Assembly: GCF_037042905.1 (NCBI RefSeq)
Contig: NC_087250.1
Span: 21,578,001 to 21,642,000, forward strand
Direction of reading: 5' to 3'
Length of the DNA stretch: 64,000 nucleotides
DNA from: Lytechinus pictus
Lineage: Eukaryota
Notes under the pieces: model-generated
What the model saw: only the letters and a program-made list of their open reading frames with translations
The model's database searches: none
Told to the model about the DNA's origin: nothing
Made by a program: the position numbers and the translations under genes
Shown: piece by piece, positions 50,675 to 62,768 of the stretch
Position numbering within the stretch: the stretch's first letter is position 1
Layout: the number at the start of each line of letters is the position of its first letter

Positions 50675-51190
50675 AGGCATTTAATCTATAATGCTCTTTT
50701 ATCCTGCTTTCAAATAAATGGAAATGCTATATGCTTTATTGGTAACTAGGTGTGCACTTGTTTGTTAAAAAAAAAAAAAAAAAAAATTAGAGGTGCCGTG
50801 GCCGAGTGGCGCCTGGCTATACATAGAAGTCCGGGGTTCGATCCCCGGCTGCGGCACCTATGCCCGTGAGCAAGGCATTTAATGTTCTGCTCTTTTATCC
50901 CGCTTTCAAATAAATGGAAATGCTATATGCATTATTGGTTACTAGGTGTGCACTTGTAAGAAAATCAATAAAATTAAAAGGAAAAATAAAATAATTACTT
51001 AATACAAAACTAAAAGGAGCCGCGTCAGAGTGGTCTAAAGGGCATGACAATGCATGGGAAGTCCGGGGTTCGATCCTCGGCCGCGGCACCTATGCCCGTG
51101 AGCAAAGTATTTAATCGATAATGCCCTTTTATCATTTCATTCGAATAAATGAAAGTGTTGGTATACGCATTCTTGGTAACTAGGTGTGTA
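50675..51190 (+). mobile_element. Three head-to-tail copies of one tRNA-derived SINE (5'-truncated 50675-50786; 50790-50958; 51017-51190)
   Basis: GTGGCCGAGTGG A box, GGTTCGATCCC B box and a shared 3' end GGTAACTAGGTGTG followed by A-rich tails. Confidence 0.85.
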
Positions 51191-51914
51191 AAAAAATAAT
51201 AAAAAATAATCAGTAGTGCTCAAATTCGTGTCTCTATTGCAAATTGCTACTTCGAACAAACTTGTTACCGTGGTGGTTTTACACTTGACTTTTTACTTTT
51301 GTTGATGTTTTCAGTTGAAGTTTTCTCTTATGTATAAGCGTTTGGAGTGTAGTATTTTACTGTATGCATGGTATTTGTATTACATGTACTGAGTGTATGT
51401 AAATATTGTATATATGTTGATATTTTGATGAATTAAATTATTGAAAAAAAAAGTTTTGAAGGATCATCACCGACATAGGTCTAATATACTCCAAATTAAA
51501 GAAAGTATATGTTCATTGCATAATTTTCCTCATAAACGTGCTCAAATGTTGACGGACACAAATTGATAATCTAAGATGGATTTTCTTAAAACCTGCAAAA
51601 AATTTTGCTTTTTCTTCCATTTTTATAATAAACGTTTTTTTTTAGGGTAAGCTTCCCCTTAATGTTGTAAAATGTTTTTATTTCTGAAATGTCTTATTTA
51701 ATCAAATGAAATAAAATGGTTTACTTTTGCGTTTGCATATGAAGGCTTTAAAGCAACTGTGATTGGGCGGAGTGAACGAGCAAAATATTTGATCTCTTCG
51801 ATACAAAATATGTTAATTTGTGATACATTGAAATATACCAGTAATAAGCTAGAATGAAACTTGTGACAAATAAGAGTCTGCGGATGACACTGTTGTCATA
51901 CTAACGGATTTTTT

Positions 51915-52099
51915 TTTTAAACAAGTGCATACCCAGTTACCCATAATGCATACAGCAATTCCATTTATTTGAAAGCAGGATAAAAGAGCATTTTCGATTA
52001 AATGCCTTGCTCACGGGCATAGGTCCCGCGGCCGGGGATCGAACTCCGGACTTTCCATGTTTAGCCAGGCGCCTTAGACCACTCGGCCACGGCACCTCC
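51915..52099 (-). mobile_element. tRNA-derived SINE, same family as 50790-50958
   Basis: The minus strand reads GGAGGTGCCGTGGCCGAGTGGTCTAAGGCGCC...GTTCGATCCCCGG with an A tail. Confidence 0.9.
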
Positions 52100-53140
52100 A
52101 TTTGAGATTGTATCACGATCACTAATCGTACATAAAAAGAGACATGTTTGTTTTTCATCATAATCGATTATAAAAGGTATAACTAAAGAAAAAAATACAA
52201 TTATGTAAGTAATATTTATTAAATGATATAAACAATGATCATTAAGTAACAGATTTTTGTCATTTTCAATTTTATATGATAAAAAAGAAACTTACCATGT
52301 AAATACTTTGAAGTTATTTTTCATTTAAATACAAACCTATATCATTAACTAGGATATACCATGAATATATATTGTATAAGAGGGCGAAGCTCCTTTCATT
52401 GTCGACGGACGACATTTGGTCGTAACAGAATTGTATCCTTTTTGTAAGACCACTACTGACGGATGTGGTCTATATGACTCAAAAGAAAGAACACATTATT
52501 GCACCCTGCATTAATTCATACTAAGGATAAATGTTCGATGTAGTTATAACTGTGTATATTCCAGTGTTGTATTGCCTTGATGCTCGGCCTTCACGTACGT
52601 GAACCGCCTATAGAGTATGTTTCAACTCAGCGGAGCCCGCCATTATAAAAGCCCTCTCACGGTAGGTCGCCTAGCAATCTTGTTAGCAATGCTAACGAGC
52701 ATGTCTGCGATATTAAAATCCTAAAAACTGATGGAATCGTTAAAATTTAGTAAGGCTATGAATGTTTATTATTTACATTGACTATCGGTGTATCAACCCA
52801 TATCGAATTTACAAGCAAGTGTGGGTAAAAGGCGAATTACCAGTCATTTTGATGAAATCCTTATTTTCAATATCTTCATAATTTTGTATTTCTTTGAAAA
52901 ACATCTTATTACATTAACTAGAATTTTCCCGAACTGATTACGTTGGTAGACTATTTTCTCCATCATTAATACGAAAATGTCAGTCCTTCAAAATCAGGGC
53001 ATTTTTTGTTCTATTTATGAAAGAAAATCGTGAGATTCGAACTACTATACCATTGTTCTCCCGAAAAAGGGTTATCATCTCATAATGTTGTGTAAATGAT
53101 ACATAACATTAAATCTTACGAGTGTAGCAATCAATGTTGG

Positions 53141-54301
53141 ATAACATTTTTCACGATGAGTTTCGTAATGAAGAGAAAAATCAAGTTCATTCTTAGAATT
53201 ACTATTAGAAATAAGGAAGATAAAGAGATGGTATATACAGAAGAAGAGGAAGGAGGAGGAGAAAAGGAGCCGGGCTCAGGTGTCTCAAGCGGATCGGGAG
53301 AAGGGGGTGTTCCTTTTCCCCACTCTCTTTCAAAATAACCTCGACCTCAGGGGCCTGTTGGAGGGAAGGCCACTCATTAATTGGCGTATTCCCGGAAGTG
53401 CATGCATGGTGATAGATACCCCTCACTTGTGGAAAGAGCCGAAATGCCTCTCTAATCTTCCCTCCGTTTTCAACACAGAAACTACATTTTTTATTCTTAA
53501 AATTAATAAACTACTGTTTTTTTTTGTTTTTTTTAGTGCTTAAATTGCATGGCCGAAAGTCTAAAAACTAAAAATTTCTCGCAAAGTGGCCATCAGCCCG
53601 GGTCCATTACGAAATCCGATGTTTTGCTTTCTTGCAATGGTTATAGGGCCTATCCGCCAAATCACGAGTGCCTGGTAATATCGCAGTTGTATGATTCAAA
53701 ATTGTTGTAAATATTGCCATTATTTTTATTTTAACAAATCAGCTAGAGCCGCCAGGTCGTCTTCATGTCCATTAAGTTCGTGGAGGCGGCCGTGGAATTT
53801 ACAAAATATACAGTTGTTTTATGATCTGTTTAACATACAGTGAGATACTCATGACATTGGGCAAACTTAACACGATATTTCCCAAATCTTGACAGTTCTA
53901 TCATTTTTAACTATATGCAGTCAATATTACACATTCTTAACCTATAAGATTGACTTTTTGTAATTCATGCAGGAAAGAAATAATAATTCTCGAAAATGAA
54001 ATCATTTATGTGTCAGGTATATTCCGAGCATTTTTAGATATCGGTAAACTATTAATTTCACAGATTGAGTATCAACATTAAACTATAAAACTGCACAGTG
54101 GTCATCGCAAGGGGAAAAGGTTGGTGGAATATACCACCCGACACCAGCATGACCAGTATGGGACTATATAGATAATCCCGTCCGACACACTAGGGATCAG
54201 CCCCGTCTGCGCACGCTAAAATTTATCATTCTGCGGCTCGCGTGCTAAGAATGAACTTGATTTTTTCTCTTCATTACGAAACTCATCGTGAAAAATGTTA
54301 T
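53141..54301. mobile_element. Non-autonomous DNA transposon with ~56-bp near-perfect TIRs, superfamily unassigned
   Basis: ATAACATTTTTCACGATGAGTTTCGTAATGAAGAGAAAAATCAAGTTCATTCTTAG and its inverse at 54245-54301. TGG flanks both sides. Confidence 0.8.
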
Positions 54302-55894
54302 TGGTTTTTATATAAGTAGTTACAAATGTTGTTCTGTATATCTAATGACACTAATGGTCAATACTACCAGTCAGCAGTAGCAGTAGCAGCAGCAGTAGTA
54401 AGTGTACTTAGCAGTGCCATCAATTTTAATTATCAAGAATTATCATCACATACTTAAGTAACAAAGAAAACAGAAGTGATGAAAAATAACATTATTTATT
54501 GGTAATATGTTGTTTAAAAATGATGATAATGGCAAAATCAATAATAATGATAATGATGAAGATTATAGTGATTTTATGACAGGAATAATTCTGACAGATC
54601 TGACTGCAATTTTGACAACAATTTCATACTTTCAGAATAGCTACATGTAACTCCAAAGAATGACAACAAGGTTGATTTCTATTCCATTAGGATTTTCCTT
54701 GACCAACAAGAATGTTTTAAGTCTTAATGATATTCTGAAAAGATTTGGTAAACTTGAACACAACAGGCAAGACAGAGGAATGGGAAGAGAGATAGAGAGA
54801 AGTGGGAGGCCGGTTTGGCAGAATATACTGCTAAATCAATTACTATGTTAATAGGCAGTACATCTAAAAAAAAAATTTGGGGGGGTATAGTGTCTCAGAT
54901 TGACAAAACAGAGTTAAAAAAAACATTACTTGTTTTTAATCATATGGTTCGACAGTGAATTTCATTTCACTACAGTTTCAAGGAAACAAAATATTTGTTT
55001 TTGTTTCAGTGTGATTTCATAGAAAACTCTATTTTATTGTTATAAGACATAATTAAGATTTAACCTCCCCCAATTAATGGTGTGTGGTGTGCCCCGTTTA
55101 TTTTATATCCTTTTGAATATAACTTTATTTTTTAGTATTCTTTATTCCAGTTTTTGAGGTAAATTAATAGAAGATACAAGAACAGAGAATTGAAATTTAA
55201 TATTGGTTGTAAGCAGAAAAAAACATGAAAACTGGCATGAGTCCTAAAAATGACTCATTTTCAGGTCAGCATTTGAAAATTTCAACTTGTGCTTTGTGCT
55301 CTCTTGCCCCCCTGACAAATTCGCTGTAGGAAAAAATTCCCGTTTTCCAAAATCGAAAATGCCCTTTTTTCCAAATCAAATGTGCCCCTTTTAAAAAAGA
55401 AATACCTTTTTTTATAGTAAAACATAATACATTTTAGAATAAAAAATCACCAAATTTTGGATAGCGCTCGCATAAATTATTGTTAAGTAAGGTACTTATT
55501 CTGTTCCCTTTTACAAAAAAAATGCGTAGAATGTCCAGTTATCAGCTTAGAATATCACAAATTTTTGAGCTCGCGCTTTGCGCTCGCATTATTTGATTGG
55601 TGAGTTTAATGTATCCTATTTATGAGTCACTAAATGCAGTCCAGAACAGCTTCCTTTTCTAGTCAGTAAAATTTTAGCTCGCGCTTCGCGTTCGCGTTAA
55701 TTCTTTAGTAAGATGCACATCTTTTTCATGATTACAAAAACAGCTTGGAATATTTAATTTTCATTTCTCATTACACGAAATGTCCAGAAGTTTGAGCTCG
55801 TGGTTCGTGCTGGCAACATCTCGCAAGGATGCCCTTTTAATAGTGATTAGCGCCATAATTGACCGAAAATCGAGTTTTACAACTTCAGAATTGA

Positions 55895-57139
55895 TTTTTT
55901 TTCAAAACCGACCGCTCGCTCGCTACGCTTTCTGGCAGAAAGGTAAAGCCTAAATCAAAATATCTGTCTTATCAATTAGAAATCACTTTAAAAAGGCTTT
56001 CATTTTGACTTATAAATGTATTTTTAGGCTTTGACACCCCCCCCCCAAAAAAAAAAAACCATTCTGCCTCCTCTGTCCCAAGGAGTGGAGAAAAACATAC
56101 GTTGATAATGGGCATGCCAGGATCAGATGACCCTGGTAATGATAATTATTGCAATGTAAATCGCCAAAAAAATAATGTATTAAATGTACAAAGGTAACTA
56201 CATTATTATTTTAATCATGTCTAACTTTATCATGAAATTATTTTTGTTTTACATGTACAAGGGTCAAAATTTTCGCTCGCTCACACCTTTAATACATTTT
56301 GCCCTGTGTGTCATGTCCGCCGCCTAAGCATTGTTGTCTCATTGTTCTATATACATGTATTGAAAGTTTGAAATGCCTTGGCCTTGGCCTTGAGGTTTTC
56401 AGGCCTTGGCCTTGGCCTTGGCCTTGGCCTTGGGTTTGCATGCCTTGGCCTCGGCCTTGGGTATTGAAGCCTTGGCCTTGGCCTTGGAGGATTGAGCCTT
56501 GACTACAACACTGGTATATTCTCATACTCCGAAAGGTGTCGACAGAATAAAGTTTCAGTTTCACATTTTTGTCATTATCGTTCCCTTATATGGATGGTCT
56601 CAGTTTACCATCGTTTCGGACTTATTTTAAATCGTTGAAATTCATAGGAGTGAAAAACTGGCCAGACTTGGCGTATGAAGGAGCCTTTATAAACAGCTCG
56701 CAGCTTGGGAGCAAAATATTTTCACTTCAAAAAATACAAATAAAAAATACAAAGATGTTATTTTTATATAGGTTTTAAAATACTGATATAATACTCAAAT
56801 ATAATTTAGAATTTCCCGGCGAATTCGCTCAATTTTCATTTTAATATTGTTGGCATTTAAATTAGCGTAGATCGGTTTTAACGTGCGAATTGTCATTAAA
56901 TGTTTTCATTTTTGCATACGATTCAGGATGTTTGTCAAAGGTTTGTGGGTTATTTTCATTTAAATAAGAAACGAACCAGTTAACATTAAAAATAGTAATT
57001 ATCGAAGCGTCATTTCTAGCTTCAGCTTTAAAGTTAGCGATTGGAATTCTTGTTTTTAAGAGATCAAGTTAAGAATGCAGGGAAATGTTTACAAATCTAA
57101 GAATGTGCCGAAAGTGCCTGTTTGACGTTGTGATCTACT
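55895..57139 (+). repeat. Recent segmental or tandem duplication, copy 1
   Basis: Near-identical to 62769-64000. Visible differences are a 12-bp (GGCCTT)2 indel and a 1-bp offset shift. Confidence 0.97.
56374..56513 (-). mobile_element. hAT-like transposon end with a (CAAGGC)n subterminal array
   Basis: The minus strand begins CAGTGTTGTAGTCAAGGC, followed by hexamer repeats. It is duplicated at 63247-63374. Confidence 0.6.
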
Positions 57140-57823
57140 ATGTAATTTCCTATATTAGTTTTCAAGAACGAAGTATCTGGGTCTATTCAGACATTTAGCT
57201 AAGAAGGGGAGTAATAAATATACATTCTTTAGAGACATGTCTATAGCATATTGAGTAAGAAAAGATATATATAAATATTTATATATTTTTGCTTTTAGGG
57301 GAGTTTTTGAAATAATTTGTTTATTGATAATCTTAGATGGATTTTCCTCAAACCTGCAAAAAAATGTGTTTTTTCTGCCATTTTTGTAATAAATGTTTTG
57401 TCAGGATAAGCTTTCCATTAATGTTTATTTGAGGTTTCTTTTTTTAATTATGTAAAATGGTTAGCATCATTATAATCGATTCAATTTGAAAAACCCACAC
57501 CTAAATTCTGTTATTAATGCCTTTGTTATTGAAATATTATCGAGTTTGTGATTTTTTTTTAAATCACAAAATATTAATAAAAACATTATTTTATTCATTT
57601 TTGTCACTTAAAATAAAAGGATGAATCGAGAACGATTTTAATAAGCATCAATAATTTTCTTTATTTAGAAAATTATTTTAAAAATATAAAATTTTATTTT
57701 AGACCGTCATCTCAGTAGCGTTTTTAACAATACTGTTACGTGATTGGTTATGTTTTTTTGATAGGCTAAAGAACAATCGTCGGCTTCCTTGGCCAAATAT
57801 TACACAATTATAACGTAATTTAA

Positions 57824-59019
57824 AGGTATGCTCCGGGCTGAATATTTTAGTGTCTCAATAAAAGGGATGGTCCGGGCTGAAAGTATTTATAGCTTAATAA
57901 ATAGAGTAGAATTCACTGAGCAAAATGCCGAAAATTCATCAAAATCAGATAACAAATAACAAAGTTATTGAATTTTAAAGTTTAGCAATATTTTGTGAAA
58001 ACAGCCATGAATATTCATTAGGTGGGCTGATGATGTCACATCCCCACTTTGTATTTTATCATATGAAATTAGGTTTATTCAAATTTTTACCTCCAAGAAC
58101 TAGAAAAATTGGATTGACAACTGATTTAGTGCATTAGATATTTATCGCTGCAACTTATTTCATTATAAGAGAGATACATTATTCACACAAGTGAATAATA
58201 AAAAAATATGATTTTATGTAATAACATAAGAAAACGGAAAGGGGAGATGTGACATCATCAGCCCACCTAATGAATATTCATGACGACTGTTTTCACAAAA
58301 TATTACTAAATTTTAAACTTCAATAACTTTATTATTTGTTATCCGATTTTGATGAAGTTTTCTGCATTTTGCTCAGTGAATTCTACTTTATGTATTAAGA
58401 TATAAATATTTTCAGCCCGGACCATCCCTTTAATACAGTGAAATTCACAGAGCAAAATGTTGAAATTTGATCAAAATCGGATAACAAATAAGGGAGTAAT
58501 TTCATTTTAAAGATTTGCATTATTCCGGTTAAACAGGTCTAGGCAAGACTTCATGAATATTCATTAGGTTGGCTGATGATGTCATATCCCCACTTGGTCT
58601 TTTGTATCTTACTATATGAAATTAGGTTCATTCAAGTTTTTCTACTAGGAATTAAAACAATTGGATTGACAACTAATTATTTTTTAAATTGATTTTATCA
58701 TTTTATTATTTAATTTATAACATCAGTCATTTCTTGCTGCAACTTATTACATCATAATGGAGACACACCATTTACATATATATAAAACAATTATGATTTC
58801 ATGCAATGACACAAGAAAAGGGAAAGTGGGGATATGACATCATCAGCCCAACTAATGCATACTCATGAGACCTGTCTAGAACTGTTTCACCGGAATAATG
58901 CAAATCTTTAAAATTAAATTTGTCATTTATTAACCGATTTTGATGAAATTTCCGCACTTTGCTCAGTGAACTTTAATCTATTTATTGAGATATAAATATC
59001 TTCAGCCCGGAGCATTTGT
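57824..59019. mobile_element. Kolobok-like palindromic MITE (outer, older copy)
   Basis: TTAA|AGGTATGCTCCGGGCTGAA ... TTCAGCCCGGAGCATTTGT|TTAA with long inverted arms. Confidence 0.85.
57863..58429. mobile_element. Kolobok-like palindromic MITE nested in the left arm of a related copy
   Basis: TAAA|AGGGATGGTCCGGGCTGAAA ... TTTCAGCCCGGACCATCCCT|TTAA with ~190-bp inverted arms. Confidence 0.9.
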
Positions 59020-59395
59020 TTAAAATCATATGAGCCTTTAACAATTAAAAGAACAATGCCACATTTATTATGAATTTAATATTAAAAATTAAACTCTTTT
59101 GTATAAGATTTAAACACTAGTTCAAAACGTCTCAGTAACTCCTTGACGGTTCATAATAGTATTAATCAATGTTGTTTAAAACAGTTCTGTTCTAACTCAT
59201 TTTTAAATCGTTACCACAACTGGTATTTATCTTAAAGGCCTGGTTCACTGCACTTACAGATGCAGATAGGATGTAAAACGAAAAAGATCTTGCCATCCGT
59301 TGGAAATCATTTAATATTGTATCAGTTGCGTACTCTTTGCATAGTGTTTTATACGCTCTACATCCATCGAGCATGCGTCCACTGTGATTTCATTG

Positions 59396-59921
59396 CGCAT
59401 ACATTCGTAATTCCGAAGCTTCGTTATTCCGAAGGTTCGGATATTTCGAAAGTTCGTTAGTCCGAAAACGAAATGAGGTTCGTAATTCCGAAGGTTCGTT
59501 AGTCCGAAAATGAAGTGAGGTTCGTAATTCCGAAGGTTCGTTAATCCGAAAACGAAATGAGGTTCGTAATTCCGAAGGTTCGTTAGTCCGAAAACGAAAT
59601 GATTAACAAACCTTATTTCGTTTTCGGACTAACGAACCTTCGGATCAACGAATCTTATTTCGTTTTCGGATTAACGAACCTTCGGAACAACGAACCTTAT
59701 TTCGTTTTCGGATTAACGAACCTTCGGAACATCGAACCTTATTTCGTTTTCGGATTATCGAACCTTCGGAATAACGCCACAAATGTTCGGATTAACAATC
59801 CCTTTTACGTTTTCGGATTAACGAACATCGAGGTATAGGCAATTTACGTGTTTCGGAATTACGAACCTTCGGAATAAAGAACCTTCGGAATTACGAACCT
59901 TCAGAATTACGAAGTGTAACC
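59396..59921. mobile_element. Mutator/foldback-like MITE with 42-bp tandem units in inverted arms
   Basis: TCCGAAAA anchors at 59461, 59503, 59545 and 59587 have inverse units from 59611. The 9-bp flanking repeat is ATTTCATTG/ATTTCATTA. Confidence 0.85.
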
Positions 59922-60396
59922 ATTTCATTATTTACCCATTTTGTCCATTATCTGGAGTGGATGAAAACGGATAAGGCCGCCCCGAAATGTTGCTTGTCTG
60001 TTGTATCCGTTAATGTGAATACGTCTTGTGTCCGTCGGCAAGTACAGTGAGACTACACACGTAGCCCAATCAAAATACAATGAAGCTTGTCAGAATTGAT
60101 TTCTTTTTTAAAGATAACTTTCCGTTGTCCATTTGAAAGAAAATCTTATATAAGAATATAATCTAGAAAGTTAAAGATTATATCTATTATCCGTTTATTT
60201 TTTAAAGCATCATGGCATAATTTTCCTTACAAAAAATATGTATATACTTTTAATAATGAGGGGAAAATACATAATTATATAATTATAAAACCAGTATTCT
60301 ACCAACTGTAATACCTAAATGTCTTATTAACTGTTCTAATGAAATCGGTTATTATATTTACTTTTTAAGGGAAGTTCACCCTGAGACATGCAAAAG

Positions 60397-60507
60397 TAAT
60401 TATCGACGCATGGTTCGCTATCATGCATCCGGTAAATTTGCCATGCATAAGTAATTAGACGCATGGAAAATTTACCGGATGCATGGCTGCCCATGCGTCA
60501 ATAATCA
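60397..60507. repeat. Short imperfect palindrome (MITE remnant)
   Basis: CATGCATCCGGTAAATTT.CCATGC pairs with GCATGG.AAATTTACCGGATGCATG, with outer GACGCATGG/CCATGCGTC. Confidence 0.7.
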
Positions 60508-61129
60508 CTTATGCGTGATACGCACTCTACATTCTTTAACCATTGATTGCATCGACTATATTAAATGTACAATCAATCGTGACAATCAAGCATGCGATTA
60601 ATCGCTAACCTTTGTGTTACGGGCCCTTTGTAATTGTAGGTTAATCCTTGTGTAGATTAAGAAAACAGATACAAGGACATAAAGGTACGTTTTGTTCTCA
60701 CATATTATAGAAATACGAGACAAATAATATATTTATATCATTATTAATATTAAAGAAGTTTCTACATTGATGAAAAATCCGAACATAAACATTTTGATTT
60801 GGGAAATTTCAGAAGTACTGCTGTCCGATGAATTATTCGAAAAAATTGATAGAGTGCATACTTGACCCCACATCAAACACATTGGGGCTTGTCAAAATAG
60901 TTATATTTTGTTTGAAGAAAAATCGGGCCTAAAATATTGTGACAGAAAATTTTTATATACATAAAAAAATATTTAACTTACAAAGTTAACGAATATAAAT
61001 AATCCGTTTTCAAGACTTTTTTAAGCAACAATATATGCTTGTATAAAATTTTATTATATTTCACTTAGAGGATCTACCCGACAAACAAAAAAAACCCTAC
61101 TATTGTACATGAACCTGAATACTTTTTCT

Positions 61130-61765
61130 ATTTTATTGAAATACATTTAATCAGGAAACACACAAGATCAGTATAAAACACTGTAACAGTTTTACATCAA
61201 GGTCCTGAAAAGGTTAAAAAGTTACATCAAAATTAAAAAATCAAAACTGATATAACAATACGACCAGCTCAAAACGATAAGTTGTAAAAATAGAAAAACG
61301 ACAATGGCTTTTCATACTTATGCAATTTATTAAAAATTAGTAGGTACAGGTTGAAATGAGAAAGAGAAGAGGGACCCATTTGAAGAGTACACACTACGCA
61401 TCCATCCATCAAACCTATCACCCAACACACATTCACCCACAACCAATCAACCCCACCCAGATTCATTCATTAACTATCAATGAACAATCACGGTATACAG
61501 ATCATCATGCAATAACACATGAATAAAAACAGTCCACACACGACTCATTCTTATTGGGTCAACAATTAGAAAAGGGGGTAATGAAACGTATGGGAATTAT
61601 TTGAACAGATAGGTTTTTTATTTAAGTTTGAACGTTTCTACTGATAGGATCTTATTACGCACGGCAAACCATTCCATAATTTTGGGGCTGCACAGGCAAA
61701 ACCACGATCTCCCAAAGTTATCTTTGTATTATGAGTGGGGATATGAAGGCGCAAATTATCATGAG
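61130..61765 (-). mobile_element. 3' end of an L2-group LINE
   Basis: The minus strand reads TLGDRGFACAAPKLWNGLP at ~61660-61720; AATAAA at ~61132-61137. Confidence 0.75.
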
Positions 61766-62075
61766 AAGTAAATTATTAAGAGAATTAGCATATTACATAT
61801 TGTTACGTATGCTAATTAGATCATTGTGCTAATTAGGCATAAAACGCTCAAGGCCGCCAAGGTGGCATATTATGCAACCAAGCTAGATTAACCTCAGTAC
61901 CGATTTAGAACATTAATCAACTAAATTGGTGTCACGCGTGTAAAACATTCCCCATAGACTTGTGTGTTAAAATGGCACTTTTGAAAAATTCATAAAAAAA
62001 TAAATGTGAAATTAGATGGTCGAATGTTTATTACCTTGTGTAAGGATATATATCTGACATTCCATATCTGACCAG

Positions 62076-62271
62076 GGAGGCGCGATAGCTCAGTCGGTAG
62101 AGCGGGGAATTGTATTCCGGTGACCCGGGGTCGATTCCCACGTGGTGCGCTAGTGCCCTTTGGTAAGGCATTAATCCTCAGTACCAGGTCCTTCGGAGAG
62201 GACCATTAGCCGTCGCTCCTCTGGTTGCTTGCTTACAAGCATTCATGCTTTCTTAGCAATCAGGTAAAAAA
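62076..62271 (+). mobile_element. tRNA-derived SINE (family shared with 22278-22498)
   Basis: GGAGGCGCGATAGCTCAGTCGGTAGAGC head and GTCGATTCCC B-box remnant. The body matches the 22.3-kb copy. Confidence 0.9.
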
Positions 62272-62768
62272 TCATCACCACCACTAAATATATGACCGCA
62301 GAAGGGTATAGTAGCCAGCTCATTTTAAAAATAAATCGCCATTTATGAAGATAACTATGATAGGATCAAATTCATCAACTGAAACATTAAAATAGCCCCA
62401 ATTCTTCCGGCAGTCATAAATAGTTCCAAATCATTGAAATATCTTCCCAATTCGGGCAAAGGAAGTTCAGTAGTTACCATTTCTAGATCAGTGTTAGATT
62501 TTGAATCATATCCATACACTTTGTCAATCAACAATATCAAATTGAAAAAAAAATCGAATGGGTTGGGTCGAACGAGTTGTTTTAGCCCTCCTGATGTAAT
62601 TAGGCTCATGGAACTCTTCGTACTTCATATTAAACTTTTCCACGTATGAACAGCTTCTACTTGACTTGAAACGATGTATAGCCTAAACTTACGATTGTTC
62701 AGGCTGGCCAAATATTGATATTTTTAAAAAGAAACTGAGAAATCAAGAAATGATCCAATATCATAAAC

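Noticed and set aside
56289..56564. QG/WP-repeat ORFs (duplicated at 63162-63425)
   Set aside because: They derive from the (GGCCTT)n subterminal hexamer of a transposon end, and the second copy reflects the segmental duplication.
59396..59921. Regularly spaced repeats resembling a CRISPR array
   Set aside because: There are no unique spacers, the units invert at the midpoint, a 9-bp TSD-like flank is present, the context is eukaryotic and there are no cas genes.
62076..62150. tRNA genes at SINE heads (also 22425-22498, 22015-22090, 50790-50856, 52025-52099)
   Set aside because: They continue into shared non-tRNA bodies and tails without an immediate terminator, and their stems or boxes are degenerate. 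They are SINEs.
62355..62649. Overlapping 84-aa and 71-aa ORFs as a host exon
   Set aside because: No recognisable motif, no convincing splice-site pair, and alternative frames contain stops. It cannot be supported without a search.
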